Assembly: GCF_009914755.1 (NCBI RefSeq)
Contig: NC_060936.1
Length of the DNA: 64,000 nt
Direction: 5' to 3' (one strand)
Source of the DNA: the human T2T-CHM13v2.0 reference genome, Homo sapiens
Made by a program: the position numbers and the translations under genes. The notes beneath the pieces were generated by a model, which saw nothing but the letters and a program-made list of their open reading frames with translations, was not told where the DNA came from and did not search any database. Each line of letters starts with the position of its first letter. Positions within the stretch are counted from its first letter, which is position 1. Of the stretch, positions 36,076 through 48,150 are shown piece after piece.

Positions 36076-38299
36076 GTAGCCTGCAAGACCCTACAACTTT
36101 CTCCTCTAGATCCTCACAAAGCTGGTTATTCATCATTTGGATTACCAGAATCTCCTCAAAAAGGCACCACCACCACCTGGTCACTTTTTACTCTGTGCTT
36201 TATTTTCTGAATAGCTTCTGTGAGAATATGAAATTGTCTTACTAATTTGTTTTTGTCTTTATACCTTCTTACCAGACACATATCATTAACATATGAACTT
36301 CAGGAAGTCAGGTACCTAGTATATCATTTTCATTCAGTAAACGCTCAGTGAATGTATGTTTTTTAAAAAATGAATGAAAACAGGATGTCTTGCTCAGGAT
36401 TTGCACAGTCTATGGGAGAGAAGATGAGTAAAGCAATGATTACAGAACAGTATAATGAAGGCTATAAAAGGGACTCATATGGGGAGTCACAGGCACCCAT
36501 AGGAAAAGCACCTTGGCAGGCTCTCCAGAGGAATTACTATTGGGCACAACCTTGAAGAGAAAGTAGGAAAGCAAAAGCCTGGTAAAAAGGAGCAGGTGGA
36601 TTTTCAGGCAGAGGTTGTTGGAGGTTGTGAAAGAGAATACACAGGTATTAAATCAACTGCAGGTGATTTGGTTATGCTGGGCCTAAAATGAAAGTTAGGA
36701 AGGTGTCTTATCACTGGGACTTTGTATGACTTACCAAGAAATGTTTGATTTGTCTAGGTGGCATGAAAGGGTTTTAAGCAGTGCCAGTTTTGCATCGTAG
36801 AAAATGTATTCTGATGACACTATTGATAGTATATTGAAGGGGAGGTAATGCTGGAGATGGGAAACCAGTTGGGACGATATGGCCATTTTCAAGATGAAAG
36901 GTTGTAGGACAGTAACAGTGAAAATGGAGAATGATAGGGAGATCTGGGAAAGTATTTTAGAGGTGCGTTCCATGGGATTGGTGACCAATTTATTGCGTGA
37001 GTGAGAGAGAAACAGTATTAGGAGTTGACACTCAGGGTTTGGTTTGGGTGACTGGACAGAGAGTAGTACCTTCAATAAGAATAAGGAATATGGGAGGAGG
37101 ATATGAGACAGATTTCACTGTGACAAGTTTGTGACGTACCATGGGTGGAAGAGGCATCTCAGAGGAAGCTGGATTTAAGTCTGAATCTTGGGAAAGATCA
37201 GGGCTAGAGATTTATATCTGGAATGAATGGAATATGTGATATGAGTGGTTGAGCTATTTCAGGACATGGAGATTAGAAGAGAAGTGGGTTGAGGATGGAA
37301 TCCTGGGGAATACTGACTTTTACACATTGGATGAAAGATGTGTGTCTAAGAGTGAGACCAAGAAGGAATAGTCAGAGAAGAAGGAAAGAATAAAGAATGT
37401 GCTGTCATCTACAGAAATGCCTGGCTCCTTCATCTGTACATGCAATTTAGTGAGATTTCCAATGTCACCTCTTCCAGGTCCTCTCAAATGGATTCAGTTG
37501 CTTTTCACTTTACTGTACCTGTATTATGATGATTGTCACATTGTATATACCTATTTTTTACACTGGTCTAATTATTCTACTCCTAGATAGTAAACTTCTT
37601 GAAAGCAAGGACTATGACTCACTTATAATTCTTTGTAGTTCTCAGTAGGATATCATACACATATTACATTTATGACAAATTAATATGGCCACTGAATATA
37701 GCAGATATTTTGGAAAGTAGCCTTTATTCATATTTTAAAGAAACAGTAGTCATTTGATTAAGTATAAAGTGGTACCAAACAGCTAAGCAAAATATTTCTT
37801 TAAGATGATGGTAGTGTATCATCTTAATATACTTGATCATCATAAGCTCCTGTGTAATCATAATAGAGAAATATTAATAGCATGCTTATTATGTTCCAGG
37901 TGTTCTGTTGAATGCTTTATACACATGATTTCATTTAATATTCACAGTAACCTATGGCTGGGCATCATTATTCTTATTTCACAGATGGAAGATAGGAATC
38001 TCAGAGAGGCTAAGTAACTTGCGCAAGATTACACAGTCAGTAAAGAGCTAAGATTTAAACCCAGACAGCCTGCCTGCAGAGCTGGTGTTTTAAGTGCCTC
38101 TCTAGGGCCTCTTAGGTGACATTAGGGAAATCCTGAGCTGAGGCAGGTAGGATGCAGAATGGGTACTTCAGGGGCCTGTAAAATGACTTTGCTAATTTAA
38201 TTGCCAGTAATCAGGTAGGCATTTTGAACAGTTAGAAAGAAATACTTGACATATTGGCATGTGAAACAAATAGTTACATTTTTGTGATGTACCTTAAAA

Positions 38300-38764
38300 C
38301 AGGGGTCCCTAACCCCCACAGCAGGAGGTGGGCGGTGGACATGCAAGTAAAGCTTCATCTGTATTTACAGCTGCTCCCCTTTGCTTGCATTGCCGCCTGA
38401 GCTCCATCTCCTGTCAGATTCTCAGGGGAGTGCAAAACCCTATTGTGAACTGCGCATGTGAGGGATCTAGGTTGTGTGCTTTTTATGAGAATCTAATGCC
38501 TGATGATCCATCACTGTCTCCCATCACCCCCACATGGGACCATCCAGTTGCAGGAAAACAAGCTCAGGTCTCCCACTGATTCTATATTATGGTGAGTTGT
38601 ATAATTATTTCATTCTATATTACAATGTAATAATAATAGAAATAAAGTACACAATAAATGTAATGCACTTGAATCATCCTGAAACCATCGCCACCACCCC
38701 AGTCTATGGAAAAATTGTCTTCCATGAAACTGGTCTCTGGTGCCAAAAAGGTTGGGGACTGCCG
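38300..38764. mobile_element. MER1A (hAT-Charlie)
   Basis: caggggtccctaacc / ggttggggactgccg TIRs; perfect 8-bp TSD ccttaaaa. Confidence 0.9.
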
Positions 38765-39544
38765 CCTTAAAACAAAGACTTGCTGATTTAAACAAATACT
38801 AGGGTAAGATCAATTCTTTCTGCAAGTGATTTAGAATGCAGAACTTTGCCATGGTTTACCATAGCATAAAAATCAAATGCTGGCCACCAGGCTGTAAGGC
38901 AGGAACAAGTGAATCGAATGGAGTAAAAGACCCAGAGGAGAGTTTGGTGCCTAAACTAGGAGAGTTTTAAGATGTCTTATGTTACTGTAGCCCTAGTAAT
39001 ATCCATCCCTCCTATTCTTTCCTGCTTATCAACAAGGTAAGGCGTGGTTTTCATTCCCCCTGGCATGGTAACATTGTAGCATGTAACATATACATTCTGC
39101 GTCTCTCTTGGACTGTGAGCCTCTCAAGAACAGAGCTCAGTTTTTCCATTTTTCTGTATCAAACACAGAACAAGAGCAGGCAATGAATAGGATACAACTT
39201 ATGGCAATTATTGCAATATAAGGCAGATGTGAGCTCCAAGATAGTAGGAACTTTGCCATTTTTGTTTACCTCTGATTCTTCAAGACAGATACTGAGCTCG
39301 GTAAATATTTGTTGAAAGAATAGATGGTTTTGTAGCATGATTTTATATTATCCGACAAGTAGAATGGATTATCTACTAAATCTTTCTGTTTCTAGGGTCT
39401 CTGATTATATTATTCGTAGTCTAAATTCATATTAAAAGTTATGAGTTGGTCACTTTCCTTCGCCAATGCAGTATGAACTCTGTTTATTTTTAAGTCAAAC
39501 TCTTATCACATCTACCTTTGTGTAACTGAAATAACTCAGACTTC

Positions 39545-40075
39545 ACTGGCCAGATAGCATTGTTGTATTACGACTTCACCCCACAACAAGTGGCAAAAAC
39601 CAAATTCACATTAGCTGAAGCAGTGAGAGATTTTTGGTCTATGTAACCAGCTGAGGGAGGCAAGGTGACTGGACCTGCAGATGTGAACATCATTAGCTGT
39701 CTTTCTTTCCAGCTCTCAAGTCAGGTTCCCTCTGCAAACGAGCTTTATTTTCTCAAGCCAGTTCCTTCCTCAAGACTTAACTGAAGTCAGGGATGGGGGC
39801 CTGCAGCTTTAAGGCCCATCTTCACCACTTTGTAACCAGAGAGAAGGGTTGATCCTTCCACCTTCGGTTCAAGAAAGGCTGGGAAACGACTCTGCGCAGC
39901 TCCTCTTGGGGCACTTGGTCAATCACTGTGTCCTGGGAGGGCTGGTGAGGGGCTCTGATTCATCCAGTGTCAGGAATGGGCCCACCCTTATGGTTGGGGG
40001 TGAAGTGAAATGTGTGTCAATGGAATTGGGGAAAAGTACAGGGCAGACAACACAGTGGTGTCCGCTATGCCTGGG
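39545..40075. mobile_element. Old MLT1-type LTR
   Basis: Degenerate MLT1-like motifs (gactctg...cttggggcacttggtcaatcactgtg...gggcagacaacac). Confidence 0.5.
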
Positions 40076-41144
40076 ACATTAGCATTGGTACCCTGTTAGG
40101 AGATGGCAGGACGTTCTGTCTCATACAGAGCCTCTGCCACTAATACTTCTGGACATCCTCAAGGTGCCTCCAAGGATCCAAGGCTCAGTCTTGGTTTTCA
40201 CTCTCGACTGTGAGTCCTGCAGTCTTGGACATGGGCATGCAGTTCCGCTTATGAGGCAAGAATGGCGCCACCACCATGGCCTCAGATTGGGTACTGGTGG
40301 AGATGAGTACAATTCCATGTAGACAGAACTGGTATTCCGCCCTCGTGCCCCTCTGAGTAATGCTTCTCTTAGGAGCTAGGATGGAGAAGGCATAACAAGA
40401 CTCCTCATGCCCCGTAAACTCATGGTGCAGTTCACTGCTTTGGTGCTACAGCTGGCTGGGTCAGGACTTTGTGGACCCATGTACACATGTTCACCCATTG
40501 GCCACTTGGAGGCTGAAACCCTGTTCCTGTTCCTATGTCGACCATTGCCCTCTCACATTAGCTGACATTGACCTTTTGCTGTCCATGGAGCTGGAAGTTA
40601 GCCTTTCCTGATGTTGGCTAAATGACAACAGTGGTGCTGTACCGTAAATCCAGAGAAGCAATTGCCACCCTCAAGAGACAAGTGAAGAGAAGGGTGGTGC
40701 CTTTCACCCTGCATAGCAAAGTGGGGCAGGTGGTGGTGGTTCACCTTCTCCAAGTCAGACCTATCAAGTCTCCTCCAGAGTGTGCAACCTGCCGAGGCAG
40801 ATGGCCTGAGATGGGATGGATTCATCATCACTTTCCAAGTTATGTGCAGATGGATGGTTACACTAGATACCCATGTTCTTAAGCTGATTTCTTGGAGGAC
40901 CCTCAGTCTCACCCTCGTTCTGACTCCTGTTGTGCCCATTTCCATGTAAGAGCGGTAAGGGACATTTATGCTGTTAAATAGTACCACCTAGAAGTGATTC
41001 TTTCCTATCAGTTGATTTAGTCATCTAATTCCTCAAAATACAGATTCACCTAAACTTTAGCATTAGTAGGAACAATACCATCTCCACACCACAACTGGGA
41101 CTCAACAGTTCAGTGTTTGAGTGATCCTTCAAACCTTGGCCTTC

Positions 41145-41405
41145 AGGCAAAGACAGGCAGATCACTTGAGGCCAGGAGTTCAAGACCAGCCTGGCCAACA
41201 TAGCAAAATCCAGTCTCTACTAAGAATACAAAAATTAGCCAGGTGTGGTGGCATAGGCCTGTAATTTCAGCTACTCGGGAGGCTGAAGCAAGAGAATTGC
41301 TTGAACCAGGGAAGAGGAGGTTGCAGTTAGCCGAGATGGGCCACTGCACTCCAGCCTGGGCGACAGAGCAAGGCTGTCTAAAAAAAAAAAAAAAAAAAAA
41401 AAAGA
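41145..41405 (+). mobile_element. Alu, 5'-truncated
   Basis: Starts mid left arm; long A tail. Confidence 0.95.
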
Positions 41406-41831
41406 AAGAAATCATTATTTCCCAACAATAAGGTCAATAAGCTTTAAACTTTAAGATTTGATTGATTCAACCAAAAAAGCAGTATGTATATTACATACTT
41501 TTACTTATAAACATACAAGGCTAAAATATAAGAATAAAGCTTCAATGTGCAGTGCAAGTTTATCCCACAGGTTTTAAAATGACTGATAACAAGGATTCGG
41601 GTGCCTGAACAAAGATTTCAGGTTGGTAGGGTTTGACTCTTTTTCCAAGGATGCTCTTCAAAACAAAAGCAAATTGGTAAATACAGGTGGATGGGTAGAA
41701 GTAAGAGTCTTGCTTAATTCCACTTTCTGGAAATATCCATATCTGAGCTTTAGCTCAGCCAGGACATCTTGTAACATATATAATAAAGCAATATGCAATG
41801 AAGCTAGGATCTGAGAAAATGAAAACGATAA

Positions 41832-42146
41832 TTTTTGGGGTTTTTTTTGTGTTTTTTTTTTTTTTGAGACAGAGTCTTGCTCTGTAGCCTAGGCTGTAGT
41901 ACAATGGCATGATCTTGGCTCACTGCAACCTCCGCCTCCCGGTTCAAGTGATTCCCCTGCCTCAGCCTCCTGAGTAGCTGGGATTGCAGGCACCTGCCAT
42001 CATGCCCGGCTAATTTTTGTATTTTTGTAGAGATGGGGTTTTACCATGTTGGCCAGGTTGGTCTTGAACTCCTGACCTCAGGTGTTCCACCCGTCTTGGC
42101 CTCCCAAAGTGCTGAGATTACCAGCGTGAGCCACCACGCCCAGCCC
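41832..42146 (-). mobile_element. Alu (S-type)
   Basis: Reverse Alu with T tail. Confidence 0.96.
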
Positions 42147-43835
42147 AGCAATAATATTTACACATGAAAAAAGGCATGGAGGTATTTTTTGATTACTACT
42201 TAATGCAACACCAGAAATTTCTGTGTGAGCAGAAACAACTATGAAAGATGCAGAACTTTTTTCTCCCCACTCTTCCTCTGCAAGCCTGACAATAGAAGAC
42301 TTTTAAGGGAGCAAGTGCTTGCTTTTCAATTATCAGCCCCTGTCTATCGTCAAGTGAATGTGTGCAGAGCCACAGGTTCTATGGGTAGGTGGTTAGGTTG
42401 GTGTAGTTTGGGGGCAACAGCAAGGCTCTCAAAATATATGTGGGAGGGGGCAGCTGCATGTTTGTACCTCTGCGTTTGCACTAATAGAATCTTCTTGTTA
42501 GAAATATTGTAGTTAAGACAACTTTTTGGAATTCTAGAATATATCTTAATATTTATTTAATGAATTTAATGCTTAATTTTATAAAACAGACATGGCCGGG
42601 GATTTTTAAGACAATTGGTAAGCTTATTCTATAGTCTGGAATTCTGTTTTATAAATTTCTGTCAAGGGAGGGACTCAAATAACTCATCTGTGTCTAGCAA
42701 CCCATGAATTAACGTAGGGCTCTTATTGAGGACCTATCTGCACAGGCCCTGCTGTCTTCCCATCCTCCTGCCAGCTGAGTGCCAGGTCATCTCCATGGCT
42801 GCGTGCAGCCTTACATGGAGGCTATTTTGGGGTGACTAGCTTCTTCCCGAGATCTGAATTGGGTGATTGGCCTGGAGTTATGTTACTCTGAAGGAAATGA
42901 AGATGCTGCATTTTGTATTTTAGTTCTGGGCACCGATGGGGAGGAGATCTTAAATCGATTTGAATAAAATCTAGACAGTGAATAATCCTGTTGAATGCTT
43001 TAGAACTGAATTTTTGAGATAAAGATGAACAAGGCAGGCTTGTGTGATGATAAAGAACGGGCCAACATGATGTGCTGCTTTACAGAGTGGATGTAAGTGA
43101 AAAATTCAAGGCTTGGAGCAGGCCGTAATTCCTCTACTTAACGTTTTACGATTTTGGCATCTTGCATTCTATAATATTTTAACCCAGTTTCATCTCGTTT
43201 CAGGCATGGTTTTCTAAAACTATGTCTATATCAGGTGAAAACATGAACTCTAAAGACTGTAACATGGTGCATTTTTCTTTTTAAAAAAGCTTGCTTTATG
43301 ATGAAATTCTCTCAGTTGTGCTTCTAGGTGACATTTCCATTCAGAAATGTCTTGAAAATAAATGAAGATGTTACGAGAATTACAGTGGACAAAATGCTGC
43401 ATCTGACCCATCCTGACTGGCTAATCTAGCCCAATTACTGATCTCATCTGTATTATCACACTCTCAGATGTGCTAGGTGCCTCCCCCAACCTCCCCACGG
43501 CACACACACAAATGCCTGGATTTTTTAAAATCAGAAATTCTCTTTGTTCTCCATCACACATTATTCCTGTTTAAGGTTTTCAACTTGAAAAACTTCAAGC
43601 CATCTTGGATTTTAAAGTAATGGTAGATTTTTCTTCTGGAACATTTATCTTATGTGGAGAAGCACTTACTGTAAATTGGTGAATACAGAGCTTACTCCCT
43701 TTACCTGATGCAATAGATTTGATGAAGTTTCTATATTCCAACTCAACATCACTATGGCTTTTTGCTTGTGTTGCTGCGTTTGTAAACATTCAATAAAAGT
43801 CTGCTTGTCTATAACTCTTGGGATTAGAAATGCTT

Positions 43836-43907
43836 AATTCCTTGTATTTGTATACATCTACCTTGTATTTGTATACATCTACAATTCCTTGTATTTGTAT
43901 ACATCTA
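43836..43907. repeat. 21-bp unit x3
   Basis: ccttgtatttgtatacatcta at 43840, 43861 and 43887. Confidence 0.95.
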
Positions 43908-46554
43908 CCATACTGGTGATTTAGGGGCACTGTGAGAGCAAGAATTATTTTTAAAATTATCAAAGAAAGGTCAAATTCTGTCCCTAATGATTTCCATATT
44001 TAGCTCACTTTATTTGGGGGCAAAAAATCAGCTTCAGAGCAGCCAAATGCCAGACTTGAAGCCCAGCTTCCCCTTTCCCTAGTGCTCCTCTGTGGCAAGT
44101 GACTTCACCTTTCTCAGCTTCATTCTACCCATCTTTCTCTTATCAATAATCATATCCAGCTTATAGATTTCTTGTGAGAGTTGAACAAGAAATAAATGTA
44201 CATGTCTGGTGCATAATTTGTACTCAGTACCTGTTGCCTGCTATCCACAACAGCAATGAAAACAATAATAATACCTTGGAAATAGTCTGCATGGAGCATG
44301 TGCTGTAATTTTTGTTAGCCAAATAATGGGAAAACCCATTACTCAATCACTACACCTTTTATTATACAGTTAACATATGTAGATTAGCACACATGTGCAT
44401 ACACACATCCACACATACTGCACCTGAAATTTTTTTTTTAATTTTAATTTTTTAGAGCCTTTAAGTGAACCATGATGCACCTGAAATTTTTAAGGAGAGG
44501 TTCTAGAATTTAAATCCTTTTGTACATGTACACATATACTCGCAAGGTCAATACTTCCTCACATCTTCTGAAAGGTAGGAAGAAACATGGGCACATAACT
44601 TTGCTATATGGGGTACTGTCTCAAACTTGCAGATGTTTCTGGCCGACTGAACACCATCCTAACCTAGGGCACCCATGGTTTATAGCTTCTTCTTGATTGT
44701 GTCAGGAAGTGCTCAAGGCCAAGCTGACATTAGCCACAAGAAAGGAAGCACTTTGGAGAAAGCAGAAATGGGTTTGACTCCGGAGCAGCTTGGGGGTGCT
44801 TTATTTTGCCTCCCAGGTCTCACACATCAGGCTTTCCACAAAACCTGGTAGCACCATCACACAGCTGGGTATTTTGACACTGAGAGCAAAGTTCAGTAAA
44901 AGGTTTCGCTAATGTGTATGCGATGCCCTCCCAAGTATGGCATCCTCACATTTCAGTCTCTTACCCAGTTAGAGTTTCACAGACTGATGCTATAAACTGG
45001 TTTAATTATTTTTTTCATTTAAGCTAATGATTTTATTTTCCCTGGAATGACTACATTGTTTCTTTGTCCTGTACATACAATTTATATATCCTTCAAAAAG
45101 AGCTCATTTACAAGTATGCTTTTAAAACAGAAGCCAAATGAAAAGCATTTTAAAATTTTTTGTGCAAATCCTTGTACATTTTTAATTTGGGGAGTCATCT
45201 GCATCATTATAATGTATTCACTTACTAAAAAATATTTTAAGGGAAACCTTTGAGACCCCACAGTTGAGAATATTTTGTCATAAACCAGCATAAAGCCAAA
45301 TGCTGTGAGTGCTAGTGGATTTTGGAAGGAGGCATAAGGCTTTTGATTTTTTTAGCCCTCTCTTAAGACCTGGAAAGGGACAGTCCTTACTGGGATTTGT
45401 GATGTATTCTGCAGGAGGATAATTTTGCCTCTGGGAAAGTCAGAGCCAGGCCAGAATCACTCCTGGGATTTTGAAGTCTGAAGTCACTTGTTTGGCTCTG
45501 CTCACTGGAGAACTCAAGAATGCTATTCATCGGCCAGTGTGAACAGTGGTTGAGAAATGACTTGCTGTAACAATCATTTCCAGAATTTTTTGAGATACAG
45601 AAATTCTTCTGCATTGCTTTTCAGACACTGGAATGGCACATTTTGGTGGGATTTTCGGGTGGAACTTAGGGAAAAAAAGGGGCAAGTCTATATTTTAATA
45701 TTTCTATGACTGTTCCTTCTCTCAGAGAACTCTTGAGTGCCCTGTTAGTCTTTTGAGCAGGTTTTCTTGGAAAAAAAAATTGTGCTATAATGCCAGCATG
45801 AGATCAGCTTTTGTTAAAATACCCAGGCAAAACCACCAAACATTGCTAAATCCTTTTGGAGAGGCTAGAGAGAAACTGAAGGAAGTTACAGTTCATTCCA
45901 AAATATTTAGATTAGAACTGGCATTATTTCCCTATTTAGATCTCTTCTCAACCATAAAAAAAAAATCACATGCATTGTGTTATTTTTCTCTTGCTGTTAC
46001 CCAGCACAACTGCCCCCTTAAAATCCTCAATTGGGTCCTAAGCTTTTCTGAGGCACCCTTTCACATACATTTTTTGCTATTGCAATGAAAAACAAATCAT
46101 TTATTCATTCAACACTAAATACCTAGTGTGTGTCAGGCACTATTCAGAGTTCTTGGGAGTAAATCAGTGAACAAACAGACAAAGCTCCCTGCCCCCATGG
46201 AGCTTGCAGTTTAGCTCATGCAGAGGATCTAATTTACCTATGCATGACAAGACCTGACCCTCAGCATGCATAAAGGTTACCGTGGTCCAGGAGGATCTAG
46301 TACAAATTTTTTGTAACAGGGCTGCAGAATTTACTAACACACTATGCCACATGTGGAGAAAAAAAATATATCTTAAAATTTTGTCCATACCTGGTCTAAT
46401 CTTCCTCATGTGCCCCTGCGTGGTAGAAAATAAAAACAAAACAAAGCAACTAGAATTTTTCTCATCCAATGCGGTAATTTAACCATTGCTTTTGGATAAT
46501 GCTTAGTCCCTAGATTGAAAGAGAGAAGGAGGGGAAAGAGATGTCACACCAGAT

Positions 46555-47062
46555 AATACTTTTGAATCCTGAAAGAAGAATTTCTCAATATTTTGTGCTA
46601 TTCATAATTCAGTGACTACAAAGACAATACACTTTTAAGTCTAATCTGCATTATTGACATTTCCCTCATCATTTTCTTCATTCTAGGCAATCAACAAAAC
46701 AGTAAGTGAAGAAGCCCTGATCTGTCACATTTGCTCTTTTCCATGGTGTAAATACTCCCACCGTGGCTAATTTAAAGCAACCGATGTGAGGCCACTGCTT
46801 GCAGGAAAGATATGCAGCAGCTTACCATTATGTAATATTTCCACCAAACAGATATGTAACCATCAATAACCTCAAGATCATAGATAACAATAAAAATGTA
46901 GTATAAGTAAAACAATTAGGAAGTGATAAGTTTTAGGCATGTGTTACTTTTGCCTAATATAATTTATTTAATTATAAATTTATAACATTTAATTTTTAAT
47001 AATGGCTATGTTTAGCAACTGGCTTGCAAAATTCCTGAAAATTTAAGAACTGGCTCTTAGAA
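46555..47062 (-). mobile_element. MER63-like (hAT-Blackjack) element
   Basis: aatggctatgtttagcaactggcttgcaaaattcctgaaaatttaag resembles the reverse MER63 end. Confidence 0.75.
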
Positions 47063-47099
47063 GTCACTATGTCAGGGTAAAACCATAGTAATTATAAAT

Positions 47100-48150
47100 G
47101 CCATCTCTCTTTCCCTTATCACTGTATTTTAATCCAACAGCCAATCATGCAGACTCTACCTCCAAAACATATCTTGACCACTTCCCTACTGCAACAATTG
47201 TTCTCATCACCCTCACTGCTCACCTGTATCCCTGCAATAGCCTCTAGTTGTTCTCCCTGGTTCATTCCTTATCTGTGTCTCATAGTCCACTCTCCACACA
47301 GGAGGCAGTCATATTTTTAAAATGTATGTACCATATCACTTCCCATCTTAAACCCTTCAACGTCTTCCTGTTGTTCCTAGAAGAAGACTCAAGCTCTTAC
47401 CATGCCCAGTAAGGGCCTATCTTATCTGGCTGCAGCCTCCCTTCCAACTTCATCTTGCCATTGTCTGACTTAGCACTTCATTCCAGCCATGCTGGCCATC
47501 TTTATTTTCCTAAAACACACCTGTTGTGTAGCTGCCTCTGGGCCGTAGCACTTGTTCCCTCTGCCAGGAGTGCTCTTCCCCCACAGCATTCCAAGGCTGG
47601 CTCCTTCTCATTGTTCAGGTTCTAGCTGAAGTATCATCCCCTAAAAGAAGTCTGTCCTGTTTTATCTAAAGTAAGCCCCATTGCCCATATCACCACTCTC
47701 CGTCATATTCCCTTGTTCTCAGAAACTCAGGCAAATTACTTAGCCTCTAAACCTCAGTTTTCTCATTTGTTAAATGGAAGTGCTGTAGTACACATTTCTC
47801 ATAGGGTTGTGAGGATCAAACGAGTTAATATATGTAAAGCACTTTGAACCCTACTTGGATCTCATTAAGCACTATCTATGTAAGTTTCGCTGCTAATATT
47901 ATCATCATCATTTTTATTGAAGTATTATTATAATCTTCATTATTATTGGAGTATTCAAAGTACCTATCACTGTCTAAGAGTATTTTATCTATTTGTTTTC
48001 TTATTTCCTTTCTCCTCTCCTGGAATTTGAGCTCCATGAGAGCAGTGACCTTGAATGACTCATGCCCTGCTGTGTTCCATCACCTAGAATAGTGCCTGCC
48101 ACACACTAAGTACTTAAATATTTTTTGAATGAATGTGTGCATAAATGAAT
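47100..48150 (+). mobile_element. L2 remnant with nested MIR (~47725-47900)
   Basis: L2 3' motifs ending gagctccatgagagcag...cctagaatagtgcctg...gaatgaat. Confidence 0.7.
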
